A stretch of DNA of 63,815 nucleotides, filler included, from Octopus bimaculoides (taxonomy: Eukaryota): NCBI RefSeq assembly GCF_001194135.2. It is 8 parts of 8 records of this genome, joined end to end, with 100 filler letters (N's around TTAATTAATTAA, not from the genome) between each part and the next. Parts side by side here need not be neighbours in the genome. Positions count along the whole stretch, not along the records: positions 20,272 to 38,921 come from NC_068992.1; positions 39,022 to 43,539 come from NC_068986.1; 6 more parts are not named here. One strand, written 5' to 3'. The notes under the pieces are model-generated. The model made no database searches. It saw only the letters and a list, made by a program, of their open reading frames with translations, and had not been told where the DNA came from. Positions 24,259 through 39,137 of this stretch are shown one piece after another. How positions within the stretch are numbered: position 1 is the stretch's first letter; each line of letters opens with the position of its first letter. The translations under genes and the position numbers were made by a program.

Positions 24259-26294
24259 GTATGTATGTATATTCGTACAGATGTGAGTGGATATACATGT
24301 ATCTACGGCTATGCATATATGTATGTATGTACGTATATACATATACACCCGCATATACACACAGCCACATGTGTGTGTGTATCTAAAAGTAGGTATGTGT
24401 GTACATACATACGCACATACGTACGTTGTATGTATGTATTTATGTACGTATGTATGTACATAGAAAATCTGCTTATATTTTCTCCGATTATTGACGTCAT
24501 TGCTTCACAATATCGTGATGTAACTAAATTAGCAACGTTCCATAATTAAGTTCCCAATTCTGCAGTTAACGTTGATATTTAGATATTTAACTGTCTTCAG
24601 GTTTCAGCCTCTGGAAATGACAATGGCTGCAATAATTAAATTGTAACGTCATCACTAGCTGAGCTCGATATTAAACATTGCTGTTTTTCAACGCGAGCCA
24701 ATCGCTCAAAGCTCTGGCAACAACGACGAAATCATAATAGAATCAGGAATCACTTGTATTCATAATCAACAACATATGAGCTATCTTAAAAATCATCGAG
24801 TTTTGGATTGTTTTTTTTATGTTTTCTTCGTTTTTTTGTTTGATTTTGTTTTATATGGTTTTCACGTAAACGATTCGACCTACACTTCTTTGCTTCTTAC
24901 AACCAAACAGCCATTGATGTACAATATGCGAAATCCGACATATACACACCTTATGCACGCACGCATGCACGTATGAATGCAGCCAGATATGAATGTACTA
25001 TAAATGCATTGCAATTCTGTTAGAGAAGCCTAGTGGAAGCACATCTTAAGGCAAAATTGATTATCTTTCGAACAAGAACAAAAACTAAAAAAAAGAAATC
25101 GAAAATATTTTTTCTGTTTTTTTTCTTCTTCTGCTTTTACAGCTTTGTTACTGTATTGTAAATATTCACTGTTAATTACATTCATTTAAGTTTTGAAATA
25201 ATACAGCTCTACCTGATCGCTGGCTCGATCGGGGCTGATACGAGACATAAGCAGAACTACTTCAGTTGATTTTGTTCAAAGCTTTTGATGTTTTACCTTA
25301 TTGCTTTGTCATATAAACCGGTAAATGCAAATCTATATTATGACGTTATAAATGGCAGTATATGTGTATGTATGTATGTATGTATGTATGCGAGAAAGAG
25401 AGAGGGGGGGAGGGAAAGAGAGAAAGAGACAAAGACAGAGAGAGAGAGAGGGCAAGAGTGTGTGTTTCGGAGCAAAACGTAGCGATTAATTTCATTGGTT
25501 AATAAAAAAAATTGACAAGAAACGGGTTTTGATCCCGGTTTTGTTCGATTATTTAATGTGTATCAAGCTTCCAAAATTAATAGATTTGTTTGAAATAATC
25601 AACAATGAATTCAATATAGTAGAAGGTTGTTGTTTTTTTTTAACAATAGTTAAGTTAATCAAATACTCTGCCAATCCTACGGTGTGTATAATCAAAAGAA
25701 ATATGAAAAAAGGCCCATAAAACAACTCATAAATGAAAATGCTTCCCAGCATTGCGTGTGTAAATTTAAAATGGCGGAGAAATTTGTCTTAAAGACATAA
25801 ACGTAAGTCAAATATTGACTCATACACAGATATTCACTATCCTACATGTGTATGTAACTGCGTATATGTATGAATGTATAAACTAATATGTGTGTGTGCC
25901 TGTTTGTGTGTATGTGTGTATGTGTTTGTATGTGCGGGTATGTGTTTGTGCGTGATGTTTGTCTGTGAGAGCGAATGTTCCGAACCGTTTTTAGTGGTTA
26001 ATACAAAATGTGGCTTTGTAAGACGACGTATGCGGTTTTATGAGATTCATCAATTAAGGTAAACTGTACGGCTACAAACTCGTTCATTGGATCTACCGCT
26101 AATATTTACATCTCCTTATAACCCACACACTCATGCACACACACACACACACACATACACTCACACACACACACTTACACACATGCGTACACACATTCCC
26201 ACACATATATATATAGATATCTAGATATCTAACTGTCTACATATACATATACATATACACATATGCATTCGTAAAAATATATATGTATACACAG

Positions 26295-26345
<51 letters not shown>

Positions 26346-26437
26346 CACTCACAGATATAACAAATATGTATATAAGCATACGCTTTGACAGGAATACATA
26401 TGTGTGTGTGTATGTGTGCATGTGTGCATGTGTGTGT

Positions 26438-26478
<41 letters not shown>

Positions 26479-27825
26479 TGTGTTCTACAGAGAATAATTC
26501 CATGTGATGACACCAAATATTTCATGATAATACAAATGTCATTGATTTAGTCATCACTACTTTTGCCTAAAAAGAAATATCAAAACAGAAATATTAAAGA
26601 AATACTAAATAATAAAACAGGCTGCAAATTTCACCATTCTAAGGTGAAATCAAATTACTTTGAAGTACACAGCATTTTGATTGTAACAGTAGAGCAGTTT
26701 TCTCGTAACGATACAGGATGTTATCTAACTTGATCTTCATTGTGGTAAAGATTAACTATCCATTGTATATATATATAAGCATCATCTTTGAAATAACAGG
26801 AACGTGAATAATTATGGGTAATTAATGAGAAATTTCTCGTTGCTGTATTTATAGTAATAACCATTATGGCACTTAGACGACTAGAAAAATAACAATCAAG
26901 TGGAATCTATTGATTCAAGCTGAGCAGGTTTCATATAATCTGTGAAATTATGTAAATGTTGATATCACTCCACGTTGTAATTTATCTCAAAGATTGCATA
27001 ATCCGCCATTAAATTACACCTGAATACATTCTTGTCTAAAACTTAAACCTTTTAGCTGTGAAATTAAATTTCATGGTTATTTCAGTAATGATGTTAAATC
27101 TCTCCCCACCCACCAACAAAAAATAAAATAGACATTTTCTGCGAGTCACGTTGCTTCAATTTGCTTGACATTCCTCAATAAAAAATAGTTTCAAAGATGG
27201 CATTCCACAACAAAAGACAGATTGGTATATAAAACTGTTAAAGGATAATGCAATTTTGAGTGGATATATCTGATTTCCGGAGTAAACGGAAAAATCATAT
27301 GGTATTCTTAAAGAAGATTCTTTTGTAGCTCACTTTCTGGATATAGATATACAGCCATCGCTACAGTAGATAGAGAGGTAGATAAACAGGAAAAAACGGT
27401 ATATAAATACATGAATATGTGTAAGTATATATATATATATATATNNNNNNNNNNNNNNNNNNNNNNNNNNNNNNNNNNNNNNNNNNNNNNNNNNNNNNNN
27501 NNNNNNNNNNNNNNNNNNNNNNNNNNNNNNNNNNNNNNNNNNNNNNNNNNNNNNNNNNNNNNNNNNNNNNNNNNNNNNNNNNNNNNNNNNNNNNNNNNNN
27601 NNNNNNNNNNNNNNNNNNNNNNNNNNNNNNNNNNNNNNNNNNNNNNNNNNNNNNNNNNNNNNNNNNNNNNNNNNNNNNNNNNNNNNNNNNNNNNNNNNNN
27701 NNNNNNNNNNNNNNNNNNNNNNNNNNNNNNNNNNNNNNNNNNNNNNNNNNNNNNNNNNNNNNNNNNNNNNNNNNNNNNNNNNNNNNNNNNNNNNNNNNNN
27801 NNNNNNNNNNNNNNNNNNNNNNNNN

Positions 27826-27862
<37 letters not shown>

Positions 27863-29046
27863 CTGTTGCTGTCGGGTTATTCGTGGTCTGATCAGATTGG
27901 TCAGCGTTTATGGTGGCAGAATTGTGATTGAGCTTGCCAGATGGCAAATATTCTCTAAGAATAGAACGACGTTTTGCTATCCTGAAAGGGAAGTCTAACC
28001 TCTTCAGGCGATGTCTTCAAATTTCTATCAGCTCTCTGTTCTATGGCAGGTTGATGTAAAAACAATTTTTTAATTAACGCCAGCATCAAAATTGTCTGAA
28101 GCAGCTCAGAGGGTGTCTTAGTCAAAGATATCAGCATTAAACACAATGTAGTATAACTAACATACGTAGACACACACGTATGTACGCATGTGTATGCATG
28201 TATGCATGTATGTATGTATGTATGTATGTATGTATGTATGTGTTTAGAGTACTCGATGCATAAAAATGAGACATAATGAAGAAGGTATCCATTATATCTG
28301 CAAAAAAGTAATCTATCATACATGTAAAATGGTATTCTTAAAATCCTGTAGGAAATATCAGTATTGATATTTTTATACGTATATGCTCTACCCTTTCGCA
28401 TGTTAATTAACTGATAAAGTCGCCCATTCGATTGAACAAAGAAATCAGACAGCGAGATCAATGGAAGAATCCATCAGTCCTTTATACACCAGTAAAAACT
28501 TGCAGGCATAAATATATACATGTAAGTACATATACACATACATACACACACACTAACAAACACACACGCGCGCGCGCATATATATATGCACACATATATA
28601 TATATATGCAGAGAGAGATAAACCAAAATCGATTCATCAATTATAAATTTATTACGTCTTCTTATACGTTTTTCAGTAAAGGTAATGACCGAATTATGGA
28701 ATCCGGTAAGAGTATTCTTGGTCTACAGTTCATCAGATATTCATAGTTGCATGAATTTCTGACGAAGTAAAGTATTAGAAAACCTACCTCACCCGAATTG
28801 TATAATTTTGCTATTATCTTCACTGAAAGACTGTAAGATGATGTAATTTTATAATCTTTGACTTGACTGTCCACTTTTAATTTTTCTTTATATACTCTGT
28901 GACCTTTCTAAATATAGAAACCAGTGAAGGGAAGCTTGAAATATATTACACGACGTCTCTTCGCAGTTTCTCTTCCGATTTATAAGGATGTATGCGGGCT
29001 ACTAAATACAGATTATATGTCAGGCAATTTAAATTTAAACCGCACC

Positions 29047-29093
<47 letters not shown>

Positions 29094-29099
<6 letters not shown>

Positions 29100-29330
29100 T
29101 TAGAGTGTCAGCATCATGATCATAAGATTGTGGTTTCGATTCCTGGACGGGGCGACGTGTTGTGTTCTTGAGCAAAACACTTCATTTCACGTTGCTCCAG
29201 TCCACTCAGCTGGTAAAAATGAGTAACGCTGCGATGGACTGGCGTCCCGTCCAGCTGGGGAACACATACGCCATTAAAACTGTGAAACCGGGCCCATGAG
29301 CCTGGTTAGGCTTTAAAAGGGCGCATTTAT
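29094..29330 (+). mobile_element. tRNA-derived SINE family C (CORE-like)
   Basis: B-box GGTTTCGATTCC followed by TTGTGTTCTTGAGCAAAACACTTCATTTCACGTTGCTCCAGTCCACTCAGCTG; homologues at 34070-34350 (+) and 44640-44990 (-). Confidence 0.8.
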
Positions 29331-30059
29331 TTTATTTACATATCACTGCTGAAAATAACAGTTTTGGGTATGCATTCTCTCATTGAGTGAAATAATGAGA
29401 TCTAATGAGGCACTTATTTAAGCAGTCACCTGAAGGGGTACATTTTACAGCTTAGATGGATGACAATGATTCTATAACACCTCACCAATGTACCACGAGT
29501 GTGCAAATGTGCCGAAACAATTGTAGTGAGTTTTACATTAAAAATGCCTTTCATTCCATTTTCCACCATATATCCACACACACACATGTACATATATATA
29601 TATATATATACACACACGTATAACTGTTTGTGCGGGTCTATGTATGTGTGAGTGCATGTGTGTATGTGTGTGTGAATTATGGATTCTTATCTTTCACTCG
29701 TATCCTGTTCGTTTCGTTCTGTTTTTCCTTCTTTCCATATCTTTCTATAATTCTATCTTATTTCCTTCATTCTTGCTGATGGCTTTTCATTCAAAAGTAA
29801 AATATTCCGTTCGTCTTCTTTCTTTTTTAGAATTATATAACACGTCAAAAGAAATTCGAAATTACTGCACGGAAAATAGTTTCCATTTCATAAAAGGCAA
29901 CAAGAAAGCACCTAAAACTACCATCCCCACCACAACAACAACAACAGCAACAATAGCAAGAACCACAGCGACGATATTACGAGGACCCAGTTGAAGAAAG
30001 GTACGCTGTTGATTTCAACAAACACAAGTTGCTGCGTTTCTATCATGGCTGCTGGTGCT

Positions 30060-30106
30060 CACGACGACAACGACGATGATGACGATGATGACGATGATGA
30101 TGATGA

Positions 30107-30154
<48 letters not shown>

Positions 30155-30756
30155 TGATGACAATGATGATGTCGACGTTGATGATGATGATGACGACGAC
30201 GACAAGAATGATGATGATGATGATGATGAGGAGGAGGAGGAGGAGGAGGAGGAGGTTGCTACTATTGATGGTGGCGGTGCTGCTGGTGGTTGGTGGCAAT
30301 GATGATGGTGATGATGAGGAGGAGGGGGAGGAGGACGTGGTGGGCGGTAATTATTGATGATTGATGTGCTAATAGTGATGATGATGACGGTGATGATAAT
30401 GCACAAATAGTAATGAAGATGATGATGGTGATGATGATGATGAAGAAGAGGAGGAGGAAGTGGGAGAGATGAAGGACGAGAAGAGGCATGATGATGTCGA
30501 CTCTGATTATGTGCCGATGATGATGACTATAATGGTGATGACTATAATGGTGATGATGGTGATGACCATCAAGGAGGAGGGAGATAAAAGAAAAAAGAAG
30601 AAATGGAGTAGAGGGTGGTGCGTGGGAAAATAATGTTGATGATGATGATGATAATAATTATGATGATGATGATGACGATGACGACGACGACTTCGAAATC
30701 AGCGTTGGACGTGAGATGTAGCATTTCTGCGTGGTGGTGGTGGTGGTGGTGGTGGT
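30060..30756. repeat. Trinucleotide mosaic (GAT/GAC/GAG/GGT)n
   Basis: Directly visible; yields homopolymer ORFs in several frames. Confidence 0.9.
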
Positions 30757-31920
30757 NNNNNNNNNNNNNNNNNNNNNNNNNNNNNNNNNNNNNNNNNNNN
30801 NNNNNNNNNNNNNNNNNNNNNNNNNNNNNNNNNNNNNNNNNNNNNNNNNNNNNNNNNNNNNNNNNNNNNNNNNNNNNNNNNNNNNNNNNNNNNNNNNNNN
30901 NNNNNNNNNNNNNNNNNNNNNNNNNNNNNNNNNNNNNNNNNNNNNNNNNNNNNNNNNNNNNNNNNNNNNNNNNNNNNNNNNNNNNNNNNNNNNNNNNNNN
31001 NNNNNNNNNNNNNNNNNNNNNNNNNNNNNNNNNNNNNNNNNNNNNNNNNNNNNNNNNNNNNNNNNNNNNNNNNNNNNNNNNNNNNNNNNNNNNNNNNNNN
31101 NNNNNNNNNNNNNNNNNNNNNNNNNNNNNNNNNNNNNNNNNNNNNNNNNNNNNNNNNNNNNNNNNNNNNNNNNNNNNNNNNNNNNNNNNNNNNNNNNNNN
31201 NNNNNNNNNNNNNNNNNNNNNNNNNNNNNNNNNNNNNNNNNNNNNNNNNNNNNNNNNNNNNNNNNNNNNNNNNNNNNNNNNNNNNNNNNNNNNNNNNNNN
31301 NNNNNNNNNNNNNNNNNNNNNNNNNNNNNNNNNNNNNNNNNNNNNNNNNNNNNNNNNNNNNNNNNNNNNNNNNNNNNNNNNNNNNNNNNNNNNNNNNNNN
31401 NNNNNNNNNNNNNNNNNNNNNNNNNNNNNNNNNNNNNNNNNNNNNNNNNNNNNNNNNNNNNNNNNNNNNNNNNNNNNNNNNNNNNNNNNNNNNNNNNNNN
31501 NNNNNNNNNNNNNNNNNNNNNNNNNNNNNNNNNNNNNNNNNNNNNNNNNNNNNNNNNNNNNNNNNNNNNNNNNNNNNNNNNNNNNNNNNNNNNNNNNNNN
31601 NNNNNNNNNNNNNNNNNNNNNNNNNNNNNNNNNNNNNNNNNNNNNNNNNNNNNNNNNNNNNNNNNNNNNNNNNNNNNNNNNNNNNNNNNNNNNNNNNNNN
31701 NNNNNNNNNNNNNNNNNNNNCTTTTTGTCATATTCTATTAACGTGATCTATGTGGTTAGCGTTCGAGGTGAGACAGGAATCTATTAATTGATAGACTGAT
31801 CTGTGATTGAAAAATTGTCTTTTCCTAAAACTATTGCTTCTTGAAGCAACAGTCACCCTTAATAGACATCATCTTTCCTCATTTTCCTTATTATCATCAT
31901 CATTATTATTATTATTATTA

Positions 31921-31976
<56 letters not shown>

Positions 31977-34069
31977 GTTGTTTAATTTTTTTTTTTGCTC
32001 TTTTTGTTCCTGTTGTTATTGTTGATAGTGTTTTTGTTGTTGCTGCTGCAACCATTTAAAGCCGCGAATGTCAAAGTCAGGTTGTTAATATACAGACGAG
32101 CAGAGGAGCGTCTTGCGCTTCTTTTTCTCTGGTAATGCGGCGGGTTTCATGGCAGAGATAATTGGCTCTCAATGGCCTCTAACTAGCTGAAGATATTTTA
32201 CAAGAACGTAGCGAAAATTAACGCCAGGGAGATTGGTTTTTCTTTTTCTTCTTCATTTATTTCATTGTTGGGCTCATGCATCATTAATGTCAAATTCTCT
32301 CTTAGCTAAAGGCAGCAACAAACGCGAAATCATATTCCAGGGATGAAATGCTGTCTTTTGATCGTTCACCTCCATTAAGGCTTGTGCATTAGATAAGCTC
32401 TCGTCCACGCTCTTATTGTTAGAGGGCAACTCAATGTCAGGAATAATGATGCCAGATCCAACTCAAGTTAAATCCTACATGAGAGGTTCCCAGTCATTGA
32501 AGAGCATGATATAGTTTTGTCTGAAAGAAAATCCCTTCCTTATACATTTAGTTTTCAATCGGTAAGTACGGAAACTTGAGACGTATTTCGTCCTTACTCT
32601 AGCCTCATCAGTCACTCATAAACCTTCATAAAAGTAAGGATAAAAGAATCTCTAAGTAAATAAACAAGAGAGTATTTGCATTGGCTGTCGTAAAAAACAA
32701 AGATAGAATAGTTTGAAGAATAACTAACTCAGAGACGCCGTCCGCGTAAAATAAACAATAGTTGAGTCAGTGTCGACATATTTAATGTAGAAAGCATTAA
32801 AGACAAAAGCTAATTTTCCTCAAAAATGTAACTGTTTTCATTCCTCTCAGCTTAACTTTATTTTCAATATAATTTACTTTGTTACAAAAATGAGTATGGC
32901 AGCCACCTTTTTGAAGATTATGTTCCAGTATTATGATATTGAATTTCCTTAATTTATTAGACGGTCACACATTCATGGACAGACGGTTTAGACTCTTGAA
33001 TCCTATATTTCTATTTCACCTCGCGGTATGACTTAAGCATTCAATCAGCACCCGATATCGTTACGGGTTTCTTTCAAGATGCTGGAAAATTGCAAAGACA
33101 TAAAACGTTGATAGTGTGATGATGACCGCGTCTTTCTGAAAGACTCTAGTCGTCAAAATAAAGGGGTATGGTGCATCCAACCGTGAATCGAAACCGCGAA
33201 GTGTATTTGTCCCATCAGACGAAATATTAGCTTAGTGTTCCACGGTGTACGTAGCATCACTTGATTATGATTTCCCATTAAATTATTTGACTGGTAAACG
33301 CATATCCTCATACACGACTACATCACATACGCATACAAATGCAATAATGTACTTAGATGTGTGTTTGTTGTGTGTGCGAGTGTATATGTAAGAGTGTGTG
33401 TGTATGTGCGTGTTGTAATGAGACACAATAAGAAGAAAGAGAGACAGAGAAAAGAGAAAAGTAGACAGACAGTGGTGTAGAATTTTCAAATTTCTCATAC
33501 TCTTTGTCAATTTACTTTGATCTATGTTGGTATTATTGGAATTTAGACAAAATCTGTCATTTGTTAGTCTGATCTATGATTGAAGAATATTTTATTCCTA
33601 AAAGTGTGGATATTTCAAGTAATATTCACCGTTTATAGACATCTCGTACACTGCTATAAATTATTATTATTGTCGTTGTGATTACACTATTATTAGCCTG
33701 CTATGAACTTTAAGATCTTTAAGATTATAGTGTTTCCTAGTTCTTCTAAAACACATTAGTCTTCTGGAGTAATTCCGGACTGTAATATCTCTTCAATATC
33801 GTTCTGCATTCACACTGACTTCTATGTGCCTTCTACATTTCTTCTGTATTTCATTGTATTTCTCTAAATTATTTTTCTCTACTCTTTCATCCAACTTTTA
33901 CAATCTCCCTCGCTATCTATAACGTCTGCTCTCTATTATTTTTAATGCAAAATGGCGTTCATAGTTTAGATTTTCAATATTTCCTACCGTTTTTAGTGAA
34001 ATTCCAAACAAGAGAACATCTATGCGTTCGTCCAGCCTGTTCTAAAGCACACGACTTTAAAGTCCCTCT

Positions 34070-34350
34070 GTGAAGGCGTGTGGCTCAGTGTTTAAGGTGT
34101 TGCACTTACGATCACAAGATTGTGGTTTCGATTTCCAGACTGACGGTGCGTTGTGTTTTGAGCAAAACACTACATTTCAGATAGCGCCAGTCGTCTCAGT
34201 TATAAACGTTTAACCCTGCGTTAGACTGGCGCTCCGCTCAAGGGGAAAGTTGGCCTGTCTGACAAGCTAGCGGGCTTGCAATCATTCCAAAGCAATAATA
34301 ATACGAAGAAGCGCATTGTGACCAGCAGTGTTTAAACACCTCCGATTGTT
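34070..34350 (+). mobile_element. SINE family C, diverged
   Basis: GGCGTGTGGCTCAGTGTTTAAGG head, GGTTTCGATTTCC, TTGTGTTTTGAGCAAAACACT. Confidence 0.7.
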
Positions 34351-36519
34351 TGATCGGTTCAGTGATATAGTGAATATCCCTCTAATCACATTTTTGTGCC
34401 ACATATATATATATATAACAAACGTCTTTAGTCCTAATCTACGGATAATCCCATCGGAAATGCTTTTAATCTAGGGCTGAAAATCGATCACAACAAATGA
34501 ATGATATTCTTGCTTGGCCATATCTATAATCTACTCCTTGAGGGATTATAGGCTGGGTTAATCTGGTTTCCATTAAATAATGGTTTTATTCCCATCCTAT
34601 TTAAGATACCAGTATACACTATGAGTTAATGTTATTTAATTCTATTAGTAATATTTGATTCTGCTCGTCAGATATTTGCTTAAGATTGCACGGGATCATC
34701 AACGCTTTGTATAATATTTACATAAGATTGTATAAGACCATCTGCGTATTGTTATATAAGTAGATAAGTTCACATAATACAATCAGTATTTATTCTTATA
34801 TTTATTCAAGCTAATGTAAGATAAACGTTTGTACATTGTCTTCTGTTTACTAAAGATTGTTTAAGACTCAAACTTGTGCAAGAGCATTGTGATGTTTACC
34901 TAAGATTTTGGAAATACTTAAATGCTTTCTCATAAAATAGATACTTATACAAACTTGCATGAGACCAACTCTGGATTCTTTCATACGTTCGTGCAAATAT
35001 TATACACCGAAGGAGTGGAATGATAGACCATCTACATAAATACAAGCCAACTTAGTGTGGTAAAACAAAAATAATTTTCGAAATTAAAAGTAATTCGTGT
35101 TATAAGAATTAAGTCAAAACATTCAATGTAAAAGGGGCTGATCTTTAGTAAATGTGGTGATAACTCAGTCTATGTTTCGGTCTTATTACATGTCATCCGC
35201 GGAGTAAACTGCAATATGTACTTACCATATCACATAATTACAGAGAGGATATAGTTTTATTGCAAACATAATTCCCTTATTAAGTCATTTATTCTTCTCT
35301 TATCTCCTCGTATAACCGGTGTATGTTTAATGTCGCTCTCATACTTCTAGTTTCTTCCTTGACAATGATAGAACCACATTTCTTGCAATCAATGTCAGAA
35401 CCTCGTTAACCATAGCGTTTGAAAATGTACAAATTTATACAGCTTAAATTTTAGTTCTTCGATTTTGGTTTTCAGCATCTCCTTTTAAAGTCCAGAACAT
35501 TTAATTCCATACACCATTCGTTCTATCACTTCAAATCTGCTATGTCTACATTGTCTCTTATTCCCTCCTCCTGTCCTTTCCTATAATTTCTTATCCATAC
35601 CAAACTTCAAGATTGCTAGATAACCTGCTGCTCTCACTTTCCTTCCAAGCTTTAAAGCCACAATTTCCATTTCTCTTTATCATGTAAATCCATCAGAACA
35701 CGATTGCCAAACAAACAGGAAATTCTCTTTCGGAAAACCGTTTTCCAATTCACTCGAGAATCTCTACACCTAATATTCTGTATTCAACCACAATTCTCTT
35801 ATACATTAATACCAGAATATCTTCGTAGTTTGTGCCCTTCGATTATGATTGGTGAAGCGGTTTTCGAATTCCCCAGAATCCGACTTTTATGGTTGAATGA
35901 TTACGTAGTTCGCTTCGCAACCACGTGCTTTCGAGTTCAATCGCGCTGTGCGCCAACTTGGATGAGTGTCTTCTTCTAGAGCTTCGAGATGAACAATGGC
36001 GTGTGAGTGAATCTGTTTGACGGAAACTGTGTATAAACTTTGTGCGTGTTTGTGTGTGTGAATCATTCTGTTGTATCACCCCATTGTTTCACAACTGGTG
36101 TTGGTTTGCTTATGTCCTCATAACTTAGCCGTTCGACTAAAAGAACAACGTTAGGCTAAGTGCCAGTTCTTAACATAAGTATTTGGAACGAAGTGTTTGA
36201 GTAAGCCTACATGCTGATGCTCCAGTATGACCGCAGCCCGCTGACTGAAACTATTACAAGTGTAAAAAAAAAAGGATTAACTGAATCATTTGTATCTTAA
36301 GAATAATTAAATCCCATCCTTCGGTTGTTAGGAGATTAGTGAAAAGATGTGAGATATTATTCTTCGTGATTTTAGGCATCTTATCTTCGTTAGTTTCCAT
36401 TTCAAACGCTATCAAGTTAACCGTAGATTAAGGAAGGTGAGACCTAGTAAAGAAAAGATTCGTTAGTCGTATCACAATAAATCTACATCTGAAAATATGA
36501 AAAAGTATCTTATCTTTTA

Positions 36520-36727
36520 CTTATTCCACTCATTGGACTTTGGCCATGCTGGGGCATCACCTTGAAAGTGTTTAGTGGAACGAATCGATCTTTATACTTA
36601 TTGATATTTTTTAATGCCTGTTATTTATTCCATCAGTCCCCCTTTTGCCGAGCCGCTAAGTTTACGGGGACATAAACAAAGCAACGCTAGCTGTCAAGCG
36701 GTTGTGGAGCACAAGCGAAAACACGAA

Positions 36728-36789
<62 letters not shown>

Positions 36790-36948
36790 CGACGGGTTTC
36801 CTTCAGTTTCCATTCACAAATCCCCTTACAAGGCTTTGGTCGGCCCGGGGCTATAGTAGAAAACAATTGCTCAAGATGCCACGCAGTGGAACTGAACCCG
36901 GAACCATGTGCCTAGAAAGCAAACTTCTTACCACACTGCTATGCCTGC
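36520..36948 (-). mobile_element. SINE family A, full length, diverged
   Basis: Tail, body and head in order; head ends AAAGCAAACTTCTTACCACAC. Confidence 0.8.
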
Positions 36949-37099
36949 GACTAATGTTAATTATTGCTTCAAAATTTGGCATCGGTCCAGATGAATGNNN
37001 NNNNNNNNNNNNNNNNNNNNNNNNNNNNNNNNNNNNNNNNNNNNNNNNNNNNNNNNNNNNNNNNNNNNNNNNNNNNNNNNNNNNNNNNNNNNNCTTAGC

Positions 37100-37320
37100 T
37101 GGCAGAATCGTTAGCACACCGGGCGAAATGCTTAGCGGTATTTCGTCTGCCACTGCGTTCTGAGTTCAAATTCCGCCGAGGTCGACTTTGCCTTTCATCC
37201 TTTCGGGGTCGATAAATTAAGTACCAGTTACGCACTGGGGTCGATATAATCGACTTAATCCGTTTGTCTGTCCTTGTTTGTCCCCTCTGTGTGTAGCCCC
37301 TTGTGGGCAGTAAAGAAATA
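37100..37320 (+). mobile_element. tRNA-derived SINE family B, tail variant 1 (ends AAAGAAATA), nested in the head of another family-B copy
   Basis: Preceded by CTTAGC and followed by GGTATTTCG, the two halves of the host head ...ATGCTTAGC^GGTATTTCG. Confidence 0.8.
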
Positions 37321-37450
37321 GGTATTTCGTCTGTCTTTAAATTCCGAGTTCAAATTCCGTCGAGGTCAACTCTGCCTTTCATCCTTTCGGGGTCGATGAA
37401 TTAAGTACCAGTTGCGTACTGAGGTTGATCTAATCGACTGGTCCTCTCCC
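37321..37450 (+). mobile_element. SINE family B, tail variant 2 (host copy, 3' part)
   Basis: GAGTTCAAATTCC B-box, GGTCGATGAATTAAGTACCAG body, TGGTCCTCTCCCCCAAAA tail. Confidence 0.8.
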
Positions 37451-38880
37451 CAAAACTTTCGAGCCTGAATAGTTTTGTGTCGGCAGAGACACTGAGATTT
37501 GGGTGGGAGTAGGTTAGTCGATTATATCAACCCCGGTGCTTAACTACTGCTTATTTTAACGATCCCGAAACAATGAACGCTGGAAGCGTCCTGCAGAATT
37601 TGAACTCAGAATGTAAAGCCTAAAGAAAAGTCGCTGAGCAATCTGTCCGACATGCTAAAGATTTGGTCAACTCACACGTATAAAGGGTGTTTTGGTTGAA
37701 TTTGACGACTTTTGGGGGGATTCTAATTTTGAGGAACAGCGTGACATATTGGTGAACAGTCAAAGGCGTTGGAGAGCATGAAGATTAAAATTGTAGTGAA
37801 AAAGTTAGCTGATGTGGAGGATCTGAAACAACGAGCCTCCAAGTACTTAAAGCTGTAAATGACATGTAAATATGAGGTTAAAAATTCTTTGGATAAAGTC
37901 GACATTTTATAGGCAAAGGGATTTTTTCAAACCGATATTATCTATAGCTATTATCTATAACTCTACCTGCTTTCATGTTCTCTAAAAGTTTGTATAATCT
38001 TACGGGCACACACATACACATACATACACACATGCATGTGTGCATGTATACTTAAATCCACAAGCAGTGTCGATTTGTTTAAGGATTTGACAAAAAGATA
38101 CGATAGACTATGAGACCCCTAGCAACAGTGTAAATAATTTGTTTGTCTAAACATTCCAAGAGCTGGACCCAACAACGTTGCAGCCCTATAACTGAAGAAA
38201 GCAAAAGAATAAGCAAATAAGAATAAACGAATAAAAGAATTAACAGTGAAACGAAACTGGACTGGGATTTCAGCTCTCTCGAAGCTTGTCTCCTTGTCAA
38301 ACGATGTTCGCCATTTTACACAAAACTATATTGTTACAGAAACAATCGACCTTACAGTTGTTCTATTTGCATTTAGATTGAAATGAATCTCGCTTAGAGA
38401 AATAGCAATGACACATTCAGGTCTCTGATAGAAATGAAAAATTTAGCAGATATTTTGACCTCTTGCAATCTATACGTTATTCATTGTTCTCTGGCGAAAG
38501 CCTATCTGTCAGGTGTGTTTGTCACGTGAGAGAGAAGAAAAAAAATATGATAAAAACAAATAGATTGGAAACTTTGAAGACAATGTCTCTATGTGGTTAT
38601 TGTATGTGTATTTATGAACACACAAAAGTATGGACATATGAATGCATGTTTGTATGTATGTATATATGTATATATATATATATATGTATGTATGTATGGA
38701 TGTATGTATGTATCTATCTATCTATCTATCTATCTATTTATCTATCTATTTATATGTATGTATGTATATGTATATGCAATTATATATGTATTTGTATATG
38801 TATGTATATATAATATATACTTATACATATATACATACACGCACACATACATACATACACATATATATATATGTATATAC

Positions 38881-38921
<41 letters not shown>

Positions 38922-39021
38922 NNNNNNNNNNNNNNNNNNNNNNNNNNNNNNNNNNNNNNNNNNNNTTAATTAATTAANNNNNNNNNNNNNNNNNNNNNNN
39001 NNNNNNNNNNNNNNNNNNNNN

Positions 39022-39137
39022 GGGGTCGATAAATTAAGTACCAGTTACGCACTGGGGTTAATGTAATCGACTTAATCCCTTTGTCTGTCCTTGTTTGTCC
39101 CCTCTATGTTTAGCTCCTTGTGGACAATAAAGAAATA
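39022..39137 (+). mobile_element. SINE family B, tail variant 1, 3' part
   Basis: Near-identical to 37205-37320; followed directly by a family-B head starting at AGAAACGCTAGC. Confidence 0.8.

Noticed and set aside
28662-28874. Minus-strand ORF with a good donor (GAG|GTAGGT) as a host exon
   Set aside because: An in-frame TAA lies just upstream, and the nearest good acceptor gives stops in all frames.
29991-30489. Poly-Asp/Glu, poly-Ser and poly-His ORFs
   Set aside because: Trinucleotide mosaic open in several frames on both strands, with no unique coding flanks.
32050-32500. Unique, TAAT/ATTA-rich stretch as a conserved enhancer
   Set aside because: Cannot be supported without cross-species alignment or chromatin data.
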